A stretch of 64,000 nucleotides of DNA, taken from Clostridia bacterium (GTDB taxonomy: Bacteria > Bacillota > Clostridia > Christensenellales > UBA1242). The DNA is taken from the NCBI GenBank assembly GCA_050872785.1, contig JBNMHO010000001.1, forward strand, positions 128,004 to 192,003. Reading direction: 5' to 3'. Each line of letters starts with the position of its first letter. The first letter of the stretch is position 1. A model generated the notes under the pieces. That model saw only the letters and a list, made by a program, of their open reading frames with translations, was not told where the DNA came from and ran no database searches. A program made the position numbers and the translations under genes. This document shows, one piece after another, positions 49,812-57,369 of the stretch.

Positions 49812-50232
49812 AGTTTACTCCCTAGTATTATTTCACTACTTTGCGAAATTATTTTACTTAGCAAGATTTTTGTAAAAGCAGACTGTTTGCAAATAGAAAA
49901 ATTTTCAAATACAACACGTTGCAATTTGATAATCTTTTTTCTCGCCTTTTCGTCATTTCTAAAGTAACACTTTGCAGCATAATAAATTGCTTAAATCTTA
50001 GATGAGATTGCTATGCAAAGTTTAATTGCCACTTCCCGTTTGCCAAGCCACTTCTACGATACAATTTTACCATATAATGCATATAAAACACAAACAAAAG
50101 TGACACATTTTTACAATTTTTTTAATATATTTTTGGGCAAATTTGCTTGACATTTTTTATTAAATTTTTATCCTATTTTTTGTGCATAACTGGGCAAATT
50201 ATCTAATCGTTTTTGGGTTATTTTATACACAA

Positions 50233-50269
50233 AAGTTATCCACAATTTTTATCATTTTGTGGATAACTC
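50233..50269. repeat. Palindromic element, copy 2: AAGTTATCCACA-N14-TGTGGATAACT (DnaA-box consensus in both arms)
   Basis: Arms at 50233-50244 and 50259-50269. It lies inside the 1,026-bp divergent intergenic region between the giant gene and the ABC exporter operon, so no gene end is nearby for it to terminate. Confidence 0.8.
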
Positions 50270-50739
50270 TCTCGCAACACTCCTCTCGCCGTCTTGCCAG
50301 TCACATGGATTTTCTAAATTCTTAAACTTTCCCAACCCGTCATTCAGATTGTGTTTTGAGAATAAATAAAAATATCAGCAACTACATATCAAATAAACAA
50401 TATTATCACAAAATTCTGTTTTGCTTTTTGTCATTTTAATGCTTATTTGTTTTGTATTTTCGACCACTTGTTCGGGGTGTGCTATTTGGCAAATGTCACT
50501 TATTGTGCAGTATTGTCAAATTATTTACACGATTTTACGAACAATAAGTCGGACGATATACTTCGCTTATAGCCATGTGATTAGACCGTTTATCTTCATG
50601 TTATACAAATATAACGACCAGTTGGGTTTTTGTATATATTCACAAAACAAAGTCCTTCTGCATATATTTTTTGCTGTTGTGCAATATTTATGTTTATTAA
50701 GTTTTCTATATTGATTTTATAAATAGTCAAAAAAATTGC

Positions 50740-50770
50740 TTGACAAAAGTTAAAAAAAGTTAGATATTAT
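50740..50770 (+). promoter_or_regulatory. Candidate sigma-A promoter for the ABC exporter operon
   Basis: Perfect -35 TTGACA at 50740-50745. The -10 is either GATATT after a 17-nt spacer (50763-50768) or TATTAT after 19 nt (50765-50770). It sits about 70 nt upstream of ATG 50838. Confidence 0.4.
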
Positions 50771-50837
50771 GTAGCACAAAAAAACAAAAATTTACATATT
50801 TTTGTGAGAGAAAAATTGGTTTAAAGGAGAATTTGAT

Positions 50838-52574
50838 ATGATTAAAAAACTTGCAAAGTCCATAAGAGAATATAAAAAATCGGCCATTCTCACTTCGGTT
50901 TTTGTCATGCTTGAGGTGGTTCTTGAGGTGCTTATTCCATATGTTATGGCAAGTTTGATTGACGAAGGCGTGTCGGGCGGCAATATGCCTGTGACGTTAA
51001 AATTTGGGCTTATCCTCAGCCTTATGGCAATTATGTCACTTGTGTTTGGCTTTCTGTCGGGCAGTTTTTGTGCTACGGCAAGTTCGGGCTTTTCAAAAAA
51101 TTTGAGGAAAGATATGTTTAGAAAAATTCAAACTTTTTCATTTTCTAACATAGACAAATACTCCTCTGCTGGACTTGTGACAAGACTTACAACAGATGTT
51201 TCATATGTTCAAAACGCTTTTCAAATGCTTATTCGTCTTGCAATTCGTGCTCCACTTATGCTCATTTTTACAATGATTATGACCATTTCCATAAATGCAC
51301 AACTTGCCATTGTTTTTGCTGTGGCGGGACCTGTTTTGTGTGGGCTGCTTTATCTTGTTTTAAGAAAAGTTCACCCATCATTTAAGAAAGTTATTCAAGA
51401 ATATGAAGACCTAAACAGAGTTGTTGAGGAAAACGTCAGAGGGGCGAGAGTTGTGAAATCCTATGTTCGTGAGGAGCATGAAATTGAGAAATTTGACGTG
51501 ACAAGCGAGCAAATTTACAAGGACTACTCGCACGCAAGAAAACTGTTGGCACTGAACTCACCTATCATGTCAGCGACCATTTACGCTTGCTTACTTATTA
51601 TATCTTTCCTTGGGGCGAAGATTATAGTAAACTCTGGCGGAACTGCACTTGAATGTGGGCAACTTACAACGATGTTTTCCTACACAATGCAAATTTTGTC
51701 ATCGCTTATGATGCTTTCATTTGTCCTTATGGGCTTCACAATTTCCCGCCCTTCTGCAGAAAGAATTGTGGAAATTTTGGACGAAGTTCCTGCAATTAAA
51801 AACCCAGAAAACCCAGTTATGAAAGTGAAAAACGGCGACATTGACTTTGAAAATGTGTCATTTAGTTACAAAGACGACATTTCAAAATTGTGCTTGAAAG
51901 ATGTAGATTTGCACATAAAATCGGGCGAAACAATCGGCATTTTGGGTGCAACGGGCAGTTCCAAAACAACGCTTGTGTCGCTCATTCCCCGCCTTTTTGA
52001 CGCAACAAGTGGGGACGTTTTGGTCGGCGGCAAGAATGTGAAAGAATATGACCTAACAGTTCTCCGCGACAGCGTTTCAATGGTTTTGCAAAAGAATGTT
52101 TTGTTCTCGGGAACGGTGAAAGAAAATTTACTTTGGGGCAACAAAGACGCAACGGACGAAGAGATAAAACAAGCATGCGACATTGCATGTGCAAGTGAAT
52201 TTGTTGAGAAAATGCCAGACAAATATGACACTCGCATTGAGCAAGGCGGAAGCAACGTCAGCGGCGGACAAAAGCAAAGACTTTGCATCGCTCGGGCACT
52301 TCTTAAAAGACCAAAAATTCTTATTCTTGACGACTCGACCAGTGCAGTTGACACAAAAACTGATGCAAAAATTAAAAAGGCGTTGCGAGAAACAATGCCA
52401 AAAGTTACAAAAATTATTATTGCTCAAAGGGTTTCCAGCGTGCAGGACGCAGACAGAATTGTTATTCTTGACGGCGGAAAAATTGTTGCCGTTGGCTCGC
52501 ACAAGGAACTTTTGAAAACAAGTGAATTGTATAAAGATATTTATGACTCACAAACCAAAAAAGGAGGAAAATAA
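50838..52574 (+). CDS. ABC transporter permease/ATP-binding protein (type I exporter half-transporter, YheI/LmrC-like)
   Basis: 578-aa ORF with AAGGAG RBS. It has a six-TM exporter domain followed by an NBD with Walker A GATGSSKTT, signature SGGQKQRLCIARAL, Walker B ILILDDSTSAVD and an H-loop region. Confidence 0.92.
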   Translation: MIKKLAKSIREYKKSAILTSVFVMLEVVLEVLIPYVMASLIDEGVSGGNMPVTLKFGLILSLMAIMSLVFGFLSGSFCATASSGFSKNLRKDMFRKIQTFSFSNIDKYSSAGLVTRLTTDVSYVQNAFQMLIRLAIRAPLMLIFTMIMTISINAQLAIVFAVAGPVLCGLLYLVLRKVHPSFKKVIQEYEDLNRVVEENVRGARVVKSYVREEHEIEKFDVTSEQIYKDYSHARKLLALNSPIMSATIYACLLIISFLGAKIIVNSGGTALECGQLTTMFSYTMQILSSLMMLSFVLMGFTISRPSAERIVEILDEVPAIKNPENPVMKVKNGDIDFENVSFSYKDDISKLCLKDVDLHIKSGETIGILGATGSSKTTLVSLIPRLFDATSGDVLVGGKNVKEYDLTVLRDSVSMVLQKNVLFSGTVKENLLWGNKDATDEEIKQACDIACASEFVEKMPDKYDTRIEQGGSNVSGGQKQRLCIARALLKRPKILILDDSTSAVDTKTDAKIKKALRETMPKVTKIIIAQRVSSVQDADRIVILDGGKIVAVGSHKELLKTSELYKDIYDSQTKKGGK

Positions 52575-52575
52575 C

Positions 52576-54483
52576 ATGGACGACAAAAAGAAAATGCCAA
52601 GAGCAAAAAACGCAAAACAGACCATAAAACGAATTTTCTCCTATATGGGCAAGGGTCAAAAGATTATGCTTTTTGTTGTTGTTCTTTGTATTCTTATAAG
52701 TTCGGCAACGGGCGTTGTGGCTTCCCTATTTATAAAAAGTTTGATTGACAATTACATTACCCCTCTTCTTATTGCTGGCGGCGGCGACTTCAATCCTCTT
52801 TTAATGCAAATTATCCTCATGGCGTGCATTTTAGGATTTGGAGTGCTGGCGAGTTATGTTTACAACTACTTTATGGTCATAATTTCCCAAAGCATTTTGA
52901 AGAAAATTCGTGACGATATGTTTAGAAAAATGCAAAAATTGCCCATTAAATATTTTGACACCCACACACACGGCGACATAATGAGCCACTTTACAAACGA
53001 CACCGACTCACTTGAAAGCATGCTTTGTCAAAGCGTTCCTCAGATAATCTCGTCTGTGGCAACGGTCATAATGGTGTTCTTCGCAATGTTGTATTTAAGC
53101 ATTTATCTCACACTTGTTGTGCTGACATTCCTTTTTGGAATGATGATAATTGTGAAAAATCTTGGGGCAAAAAGTGGAAAGTATTTCATAGCACAACAAC
53201 AAACTTATGGCAAAACAACGGGCTTCGTGGAAGAAATGTTAAATGGGCAGAAAGTTATTAAAGTTTTCAATCACGAGCCAGAAACAATCGAAAATTTTGA
53301 CAAAGTAAATGAAGAATTGTGCTTTAATTCCACAAAAGCGAACAAATATGCAAATGTTTTTATGCCAATTATGAGCAACCTAAGCCACTTACAATATGTT
53401 GTCATTGCAATCATCGGTGGGCTTCTTGCAGTTTATGGGGCGAACAACCTCACTCTTGTTGGTTTTTCAATAGTCGAAGTTGGCACAATCGCATCGTTCC
53501 TTCAACTTTCAAGGTCATTTAGCATGCCAATAAGTCAAGTTTCGCAACAAATGAATTCCATTATTTTGGCACTTGCTGGGGCAGAGCGAATTTTCACACT
53601 TATGGACGAAATGCCAGAAGTGGATAATGGCAACGTGACATTGGTTCACGCAAAGAAAGTTGACGGAAAACTTGTTGAAACGGACGAAAAAACGCAAATT
53701 TGGGCATGGAAAGACCCAGAAAGAGCGGAAAATGACCAACTTATAGAACTTCGAGGCGATGTGAGATTTTATGATGTAAACTTTGGATATGAGCCAGATA
53801 AAACAATTTTGCACGACATTTCCCTTTATGCAAAACCTGGGCATAAAATTGCTTTCGTTGGTGCAACGGGGGCTGGCAAAACGACAATTACAAATTTGAT
53901 TAACAGATTTTATGACATCGCAGACGGCAAAATTAAATATGACGGAATTGACATAAACAGAATTAAAAAAGACGACCTAAGACACTCTATTGGAATGGTT
54001 TTGCAAGACACAAATCTTTTCACTGGAACGATTAAAGAAAATATCCGCTATGGCAACCTTGACGCCACGGACGAGCAAATTTTTGAAGCGGCAAAACTTG
54101 CCAACGCAGACGACTTTATTCAACGTCTTCCACAAGGATATGACACAATGCTAACTGGTGACGGAGCCAACCTCTCTCAAGGGCAAAAGCAACTTCTATC
54201 CATTGCACGAGCAACTGTTGCAAACGCTCCAGTTATGATTTTGGACGAAGCAACATCAAGCATTGACACCCACACCGAAGCACTTGTGCAACAAGGCATG
54301 GATAGTCTTATGCACGGCAGAACGGTTTTCGTTATTGCTCACAGATTGTCCACCGTTCAAAATTCAAACGTTATTATGGTTCTTGAAAACGGCAGAATAA
54401 TTGAAAAAGGCACACACGAAGATTTGATAGCGCAACATGGCAGATATTATGAACTATATTCTGGTGCATTTGAGCTTGAGTAA
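52576..54483 (+). CDS. ABC transporter permease/ATP-binding protein (partner half-transporter, YheH/LmrD-like)
   Basis: I place the start at ATG 52576 (MDDKKKMPRAKN...), 2 nt after the upstream stop and preceded by AAGGAGG. Walker A GATGAGKTT, signature SQGQKQLLSIARA, Walker B VMILDEATSSID, and H-loop AHRLST. Confidence 0.92.
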   Translation: MDDKKKMPRAKNAKQTIKRIFSYMGKGQKIMLFVVVLCILISSATGVVASLFIKSLIDNYITPLLIAGGGDFNPLLMQIILMACILGFGVLASYVYNYFMVIISQSILKKIRDDMFRKMQKLPIKYFDTHTHGDIMSHFTNDTDSLESMLCQSVPQIISSVATVIMVFFAMLYLSIYLTLVVLTFLFGMMIIVKNLGAKSGKYFIAQQQTYGKTTGFVEEMLNGQKVIKVFNHEPETIENFDKVNEELCFNSTKANKYANVFMPIMSNLSHLQYVVIAIIGGLLAVYGANNLTLVGFSIVEVGTIASFLQLSRSFSMPISQVSQQMNSIILALAGAERIFTLMDEMPEVDNGNVTLVHAKKVDGKLVETDEKTQIWAWKDPERAENDQLIELRGDVRFYDVNFGYEPDKTILHDISLYAKPGHKIAFVGATGAGKTTITNLINRFYDIADGKIKYDGIDINRIKKDDLRHSIGMVLQDTNLFTGTIKENIRYGNLDATDEQIFEAAKLANADDFIQRLPQGYDTMLTGDGANLSQGQKQLLSIARATVANAPVMILDEATSSIDTHTEALVQQGMDSLMHGRTVFVIAHRLSTVQNSNVIMVLENGRIIEKGTHEDLIAQHGRYYELYSGAFELE

Positions 54484-54510
54484 AAGTTATATTTTTGTTT
54501 ACTTTGCACA

Positions 54511-54539
54511 TTGAAATCCCCTTTTTTGCGTGATATAAT
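54511..54539 (+). promoter_or_regulatory. Near-consensus sigma-A promoter (TTGAAA-N17-TGaTATAAT) for the small acidic protein gene
   Basis: -35 TTGAAA at 54511-54516, a 17-nt spacer, TG at 54531-54532, and a perfect -10 TATAAT at 54534-54539. RBS GAGAGGGG and ATG 54568 follow. Confidence 0.6.
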
Positions 54540-54567
54540 ATGGACAATAAAAGAGAGGGGAAATAAA

Positions 54568-54951
54568 ATGAGAAATGATAATATAAAGGTTGAATTTGTT
54601 AATAAAAAAATTAAACAGTTGCAAAAGGAAATAAACAGTTATCTTCGCAATGGTGGGGAACTTGAATTTATGAAATACTGCGACCAAGACCTTTATCTTG
54701 ATTGCAAAAAGACAATTCGTCTTGTGCGTGATGTGTATGCGATTTATGTAAAATCTGTAAGAGGGTTGCTTTCTATCTTAGGTTATGAATACAAAGTCAA
54801 TTCTTGCCTTTATGACATTGATGACTTTGACAGATATGACGAAGCATATAAAGTTAGAATTAGAGATAGCTACAACGAATATCTTGATAGCAACGACTTG
54901 ACTGACGACAACGGATATTCAATTTATGCAAGTTATGACTATGCAAGATAA
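54568..54951 (+). CDS. Hypothetical small acidic protein (127 aa)
   Basis: Same frame as ORF-track entry 54511..54951. The start is moved to ATG 54568 (MRNDNIKVEF...) because the upstream TTG is the -35 box of the promoter and GAGAGGGG precedes 54568. No family recognised. Confidence 0.6.
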   Translation: MRNDNIKVEFVNKKIKQLQKEINSYLRNGGELEFMKYCDQDLYLDCKKTIRLVRDVYAIYVKSVRGLLSILGYEYKVNSCLYDIDDFDRYDEAYKVRIRDSYNEYLDSNDLTDDNGYSIYASYDYAR

Positions 54952-54997
54952 TTTACAAACTCCTCTCATAATGCGGAAAGTAGAAAATATAAATATA

Positions 54998-55030
54998 GAA
55001 AAAATCTCACAAAATTGTGAGATTTTTTTT
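54998..55030. terminator. Bidirectional rho-independent terminator between the small acidic protein gene and tex
   Basis: Stem AATCTCACA / TGTGAGATT with loop AAAT, A-run upstream, and T8 downstream (55023-55030). Confidence 0.7.
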
Positions 55031-55147
55031 GCAATATAAGTATTTTTTTGCCTATTTTCAAACAATATTTTTAGTGAGAATTTTTAATGAGTTCAAATAG
55101 AATGAACACCCCTTCATTAAAACTTTATCTCATTTAAAATCAATGTT

Positions 55148-57331
55148 TTACTCGTTTGAAACTCTAATTTCGTCTTGGTCTTCGTTTGCTTTTCTGATTG
55201 AAAGACCAATTCTTTGTTTTTGAAGGTCAATAGAGATAACTTTAACTTTGACCACCTGACCAACTGTCAATTCTTCGCTAGGGTGCTTTATGTATCTGTC
55301 GCACACTTCGGAAATGTGAACAAGTCCGTCTTGGTGAACACCGATGTCAACAAATGCACCAAAGTCAATAACATTTCGCACTGTTCCCTTCATAATCATT
55401 CCAACTTTCAAATCTTCAATGCTCATGACGTCACTTCTAAGTTCTGGTTTTGGAAGGTCGTCACGAATATCTCTACCTGGTTTTAGGAGTTCCTTTATTA
55501 TGTCGTCAAGGGTTGGAACACCAACGCCACATTCCTTTGCAACGTTGTCTTCACCCTTTGCTCCAACAAGTCGAGGGAGATTTTGAATAGCGTCTGTTCC
55601 AATGTCTTTTTCGCTCATGCCAAAGAGTTTGAGAAGTTTCTTTGTGGCGTCATATGTTTCTGGGTGAACTCCTGTGTTATCCAAAATATTCTTTTCATTT
55701 GGAATACGCAAGAAACCTGCACATTGCTCGTATGCTTTTGCACCAAGTTTTGGAACATTCAAAAGGTCTTTACGCTCAACAAATTTACCATTAGATTTTC
55801 TGTATTCCACAATATTTTTTGCAATGCCTGCATTAAGTCCTGAAATGTGTTCCAAGAGTTTGTAACTTGCTGTGTTTAGGTCAACGCCAACAGAGTTTAC
55901 GCAGTCTTCAACAACACCGTCCAGCACTGTGGAAAGTCGTTTTTGTGGCATATCGTGTTGATATTGCCCAACGCCGATAGATTTTACGTCAATTTTGATA
56001 AGTTCTGCAAGTGGGTCTTGAAGACGTCTTGCAATGCTCACTGCGCTTCTTGTTGTGACTTCATATTCTGGAAATTCCTCTGCCCCAAGTTTTGAAGCAC
56101 TGTAAACTGACGCTCCTGCCTCATTTACAACCATATATTCCACTTTGCGTGGAAGTTTTTTGATAAGATTGCTGACAAAAATTTCGCTTTCCTTGCTTGC
56201 TGTGCCATTGCCTATAGAAATTGCGTCAACCTTATGTTTCATAATAAGATTTGTCAATACTTCTTCTGATTTTTCAATTTGATTGTGTGGTGGGGTTGGA
56301 TAGATAACGGTTTTGTCAATGACGTTGCCGTTTGCGTCAATAACTGCCACTTTGCAGCCCGTTCTGTATGCTGGGTCAAGACCTAAGATAACTTTATCTT
56401 TCAATGGTGGTTGCATAAGAAGTGGTTTAAGATTTACTTCAAACATTTTGATTGCTTGTTCGTTTGCCACGTCTGTAAGATTGTTTCTAAGTTCCCTTAC
56501 AAGTGATGGCAAAATAAGTCTGTCAAAACTGTCCTCAATGGCATTTTTCATAAAGTCCCCAAAGGTGCCGTTTTTTACAAGCACTTCGTCACTTATGAGT
56601 TCAATGCACTTTTCATTGTTTGTTTCAACGTCAACTTTCAAGCAGTCGTCTTTTTCGCCACGATTTATGGCCAAAATTCTGTGACTTGGAATTTTGTTCA
56701 CTGGTTCTTTGTAGTTTTCATAGGTTTGATAGATAAGATATTTTTCACCTGGTTTAAGAGTGGTGACAATTTGAGCAGATTCAGCCAAAAATTCTCTTAA
56801 AATCTTTCTGATGTCTGCATTGTCGGAAATCATTTCTGCAATAATATCCGAAGCACCAGCAACTGCTTCTTCAGCAGTTTTGACGCCTTTTTCTTCGTTT
56901 ATGTATTCTTTAGCAATTTCCAAAAGATCACGTGTGTCTTTTTGTGCAAACAAAATTTCTGCCAATGGTTTAAGTCCCTTTGCTTCTGCGATTGTTGCAC
57001 GAGTTTGTCTTTTTGGACGGAAGGGTCTGTAGATGTCTTCAAGTTCCGTCATTGTAAGTGCTTTGTCAAGTGCCGCCATAATTTCTGGGGTCATTTTTTC
57101 TTGTTCTGTGATAAGTTTGACAATTTCTTCTTTTCGCTTTTCAAAGTTGCGAAGATAGTCAAGTCTGTCTGCAAAATCTCTTATGACTTGGTCGTCACAA
57201 CTGCCGTGCATTTCCTTTCTGTAACGGGCAATGAATGGCACTGTGCAGCCTTCGTCAAGAAGTGAGATGATGTTGTTTGCGTATTCTTGTTTAATGTTAA
57301 ATTCCAAACTTAATGCTTTTGCAATATCCAT
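55148..57331 (-). CDS. tex: Tex-like transcription accessory protein (S1 RNA-binding domain protein)
   Basis: 727-aa ORF. N-terminal Tex signature (EGCTVPFIARYRKEMHG), YqgF/RuvC-like and HhH regions, and a C-terminal S1 domain (GMIMKGTVRNVIDFGAFVDIGVHQDGLVHISEV...VGQVVKVKVISIDLQKQRIGLSIR). Confidence 0.93.
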   Translation of the reverse strand: MDIAKALSLEFNIKQEYANNIISLLDEGCTVPFIARYRKEMHGSCDDQVIRDFADRLDYLRNFEKRKEEIVKLITEQEKMTPEIMAALDKALTMTELEDIYRPFRPKRQTRATIAEAKGLKPLAEILFAQKDTRDLLEIAKEYINEEKGVKTAEEAVAGASDIIAEMISDNADIRKILREFLAESAQIVTTLKPGEKYLIYQTYENYKEPVNKIPSHRILAINRGEKDDCLKVDVETNNEKCIELISDEVLVKNGTFGDFMKNAIEDSFDRLILPSLVRELRNNLTDVANEQAIKMFEVNLKPLLMQPPLKDKVILGLDPAYRTGCKVAVIDANGNVIDKTVIYPTPPHNQIEKSEEVLTNLIMKHKVDAISIGNGTASKESEIFVSNLIKKLPRKVEYMVVNEAGASVYSASKLGAEEFPEYEVTTRSAVSIARRLQDPLAELIKIDVKSIGVGQYQHDMPQKRLSTVLDGVVEDCVNSVGVDLNTASYKLLEHISGLNAGIAKNIVEYRKSNGKFVERKDLLNVPKLGAKAYEQCAGFLRIPNEKNILDNTGVHPETYDATKKLLKLFGMSEKDIGTDAIQNLPRLVGAKGEDNVAKECGVGVPTLDDIIKELLKPGRDIRDDLPKPELRSDVMSIEDLKVGMIMKGTVRNVIDFGAFVDIGVHQDGLVHISEVCDRYIKHPSEELTVGQVVKVKVISIDLQKQRIGLSIRKANEDQDEIRVSNE

Positions 57332-57369
57332 AATATATTCCTTGTTTGTGTAAAGAGTTTGTGTAAAAA

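Noticed and set aside
48960-49075. Homopolymeric A/T tracts (A7 in GKKKT, T5-T6 runs in the KKPNKKKK codons) near the 5' end of the giant gene as phase-variation switches.
   Set aside because: The tracts are only 5-7 nt, simply encode lysine runs flanking the TM helix, and are common in AT-rich genomes. They are below the length usually associated with slipped-strand switching.
16908-49811. Dozens of 60-185-aa ORF-track entries on the plus strand or in other frames inside the giant gene (e.g. 17671..17937, 24277..24588, 26693..27064, 35251..35484, 49061..49513).
   Set aside because: They are shadow frames of a long, compositionally biased gene. Their translations are P/A/L/F-rich mirrors of the GGAIY/NGG codons, none has a Shine-Dalgarno site, and all lie wholly within the continuous 10,967-codon frame.
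16908-49811. The giant ORF as an assembly artefact (collapsed or concatenated repeats), or the repetitive DNA as a CRISPR or tandem-repeat array.
   Set aside because: The repeats are protein-level and well diverged at the nucleotide level; only 15-22 nt microhomologies are identical. Unit lengths are irregular, and there is no constant repeat/spacer structure. The frame stays open across every junction, including the unique segments (LRR, caps, tails). Misassembly cannot be fully excluded without long reads.
49812-54483. The divergent ABC exporter pair as a dedicated type I secretion system for the giant protein.
   Set aside because: The giant protein has an N-terminal signal-anchor helix, which points to a Sec/YidC-type route, and no C-terminal RTX or T1SS-like signal. 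The transporters look like ordinary YheI/YheH-type heterodimeric multidrug exporters with no C39 peptidase domain or membrane-fusion partner. The adjacency is probably coincidental.
54511-54567. ORF-track N-terminal extensions: 54511 (TTG), 52522, 8168, 58650, 60136, 60257 and 61771 as start codons.
   Set aside because: In each case an in-frame ATG further downstream is preceded by a strong GGAGG-type RBS at proper spacing, and the extension adds non-conserved residues. At 54511 the proposed TTG start is itself the -35 hexamer of a near-consensus promoter.
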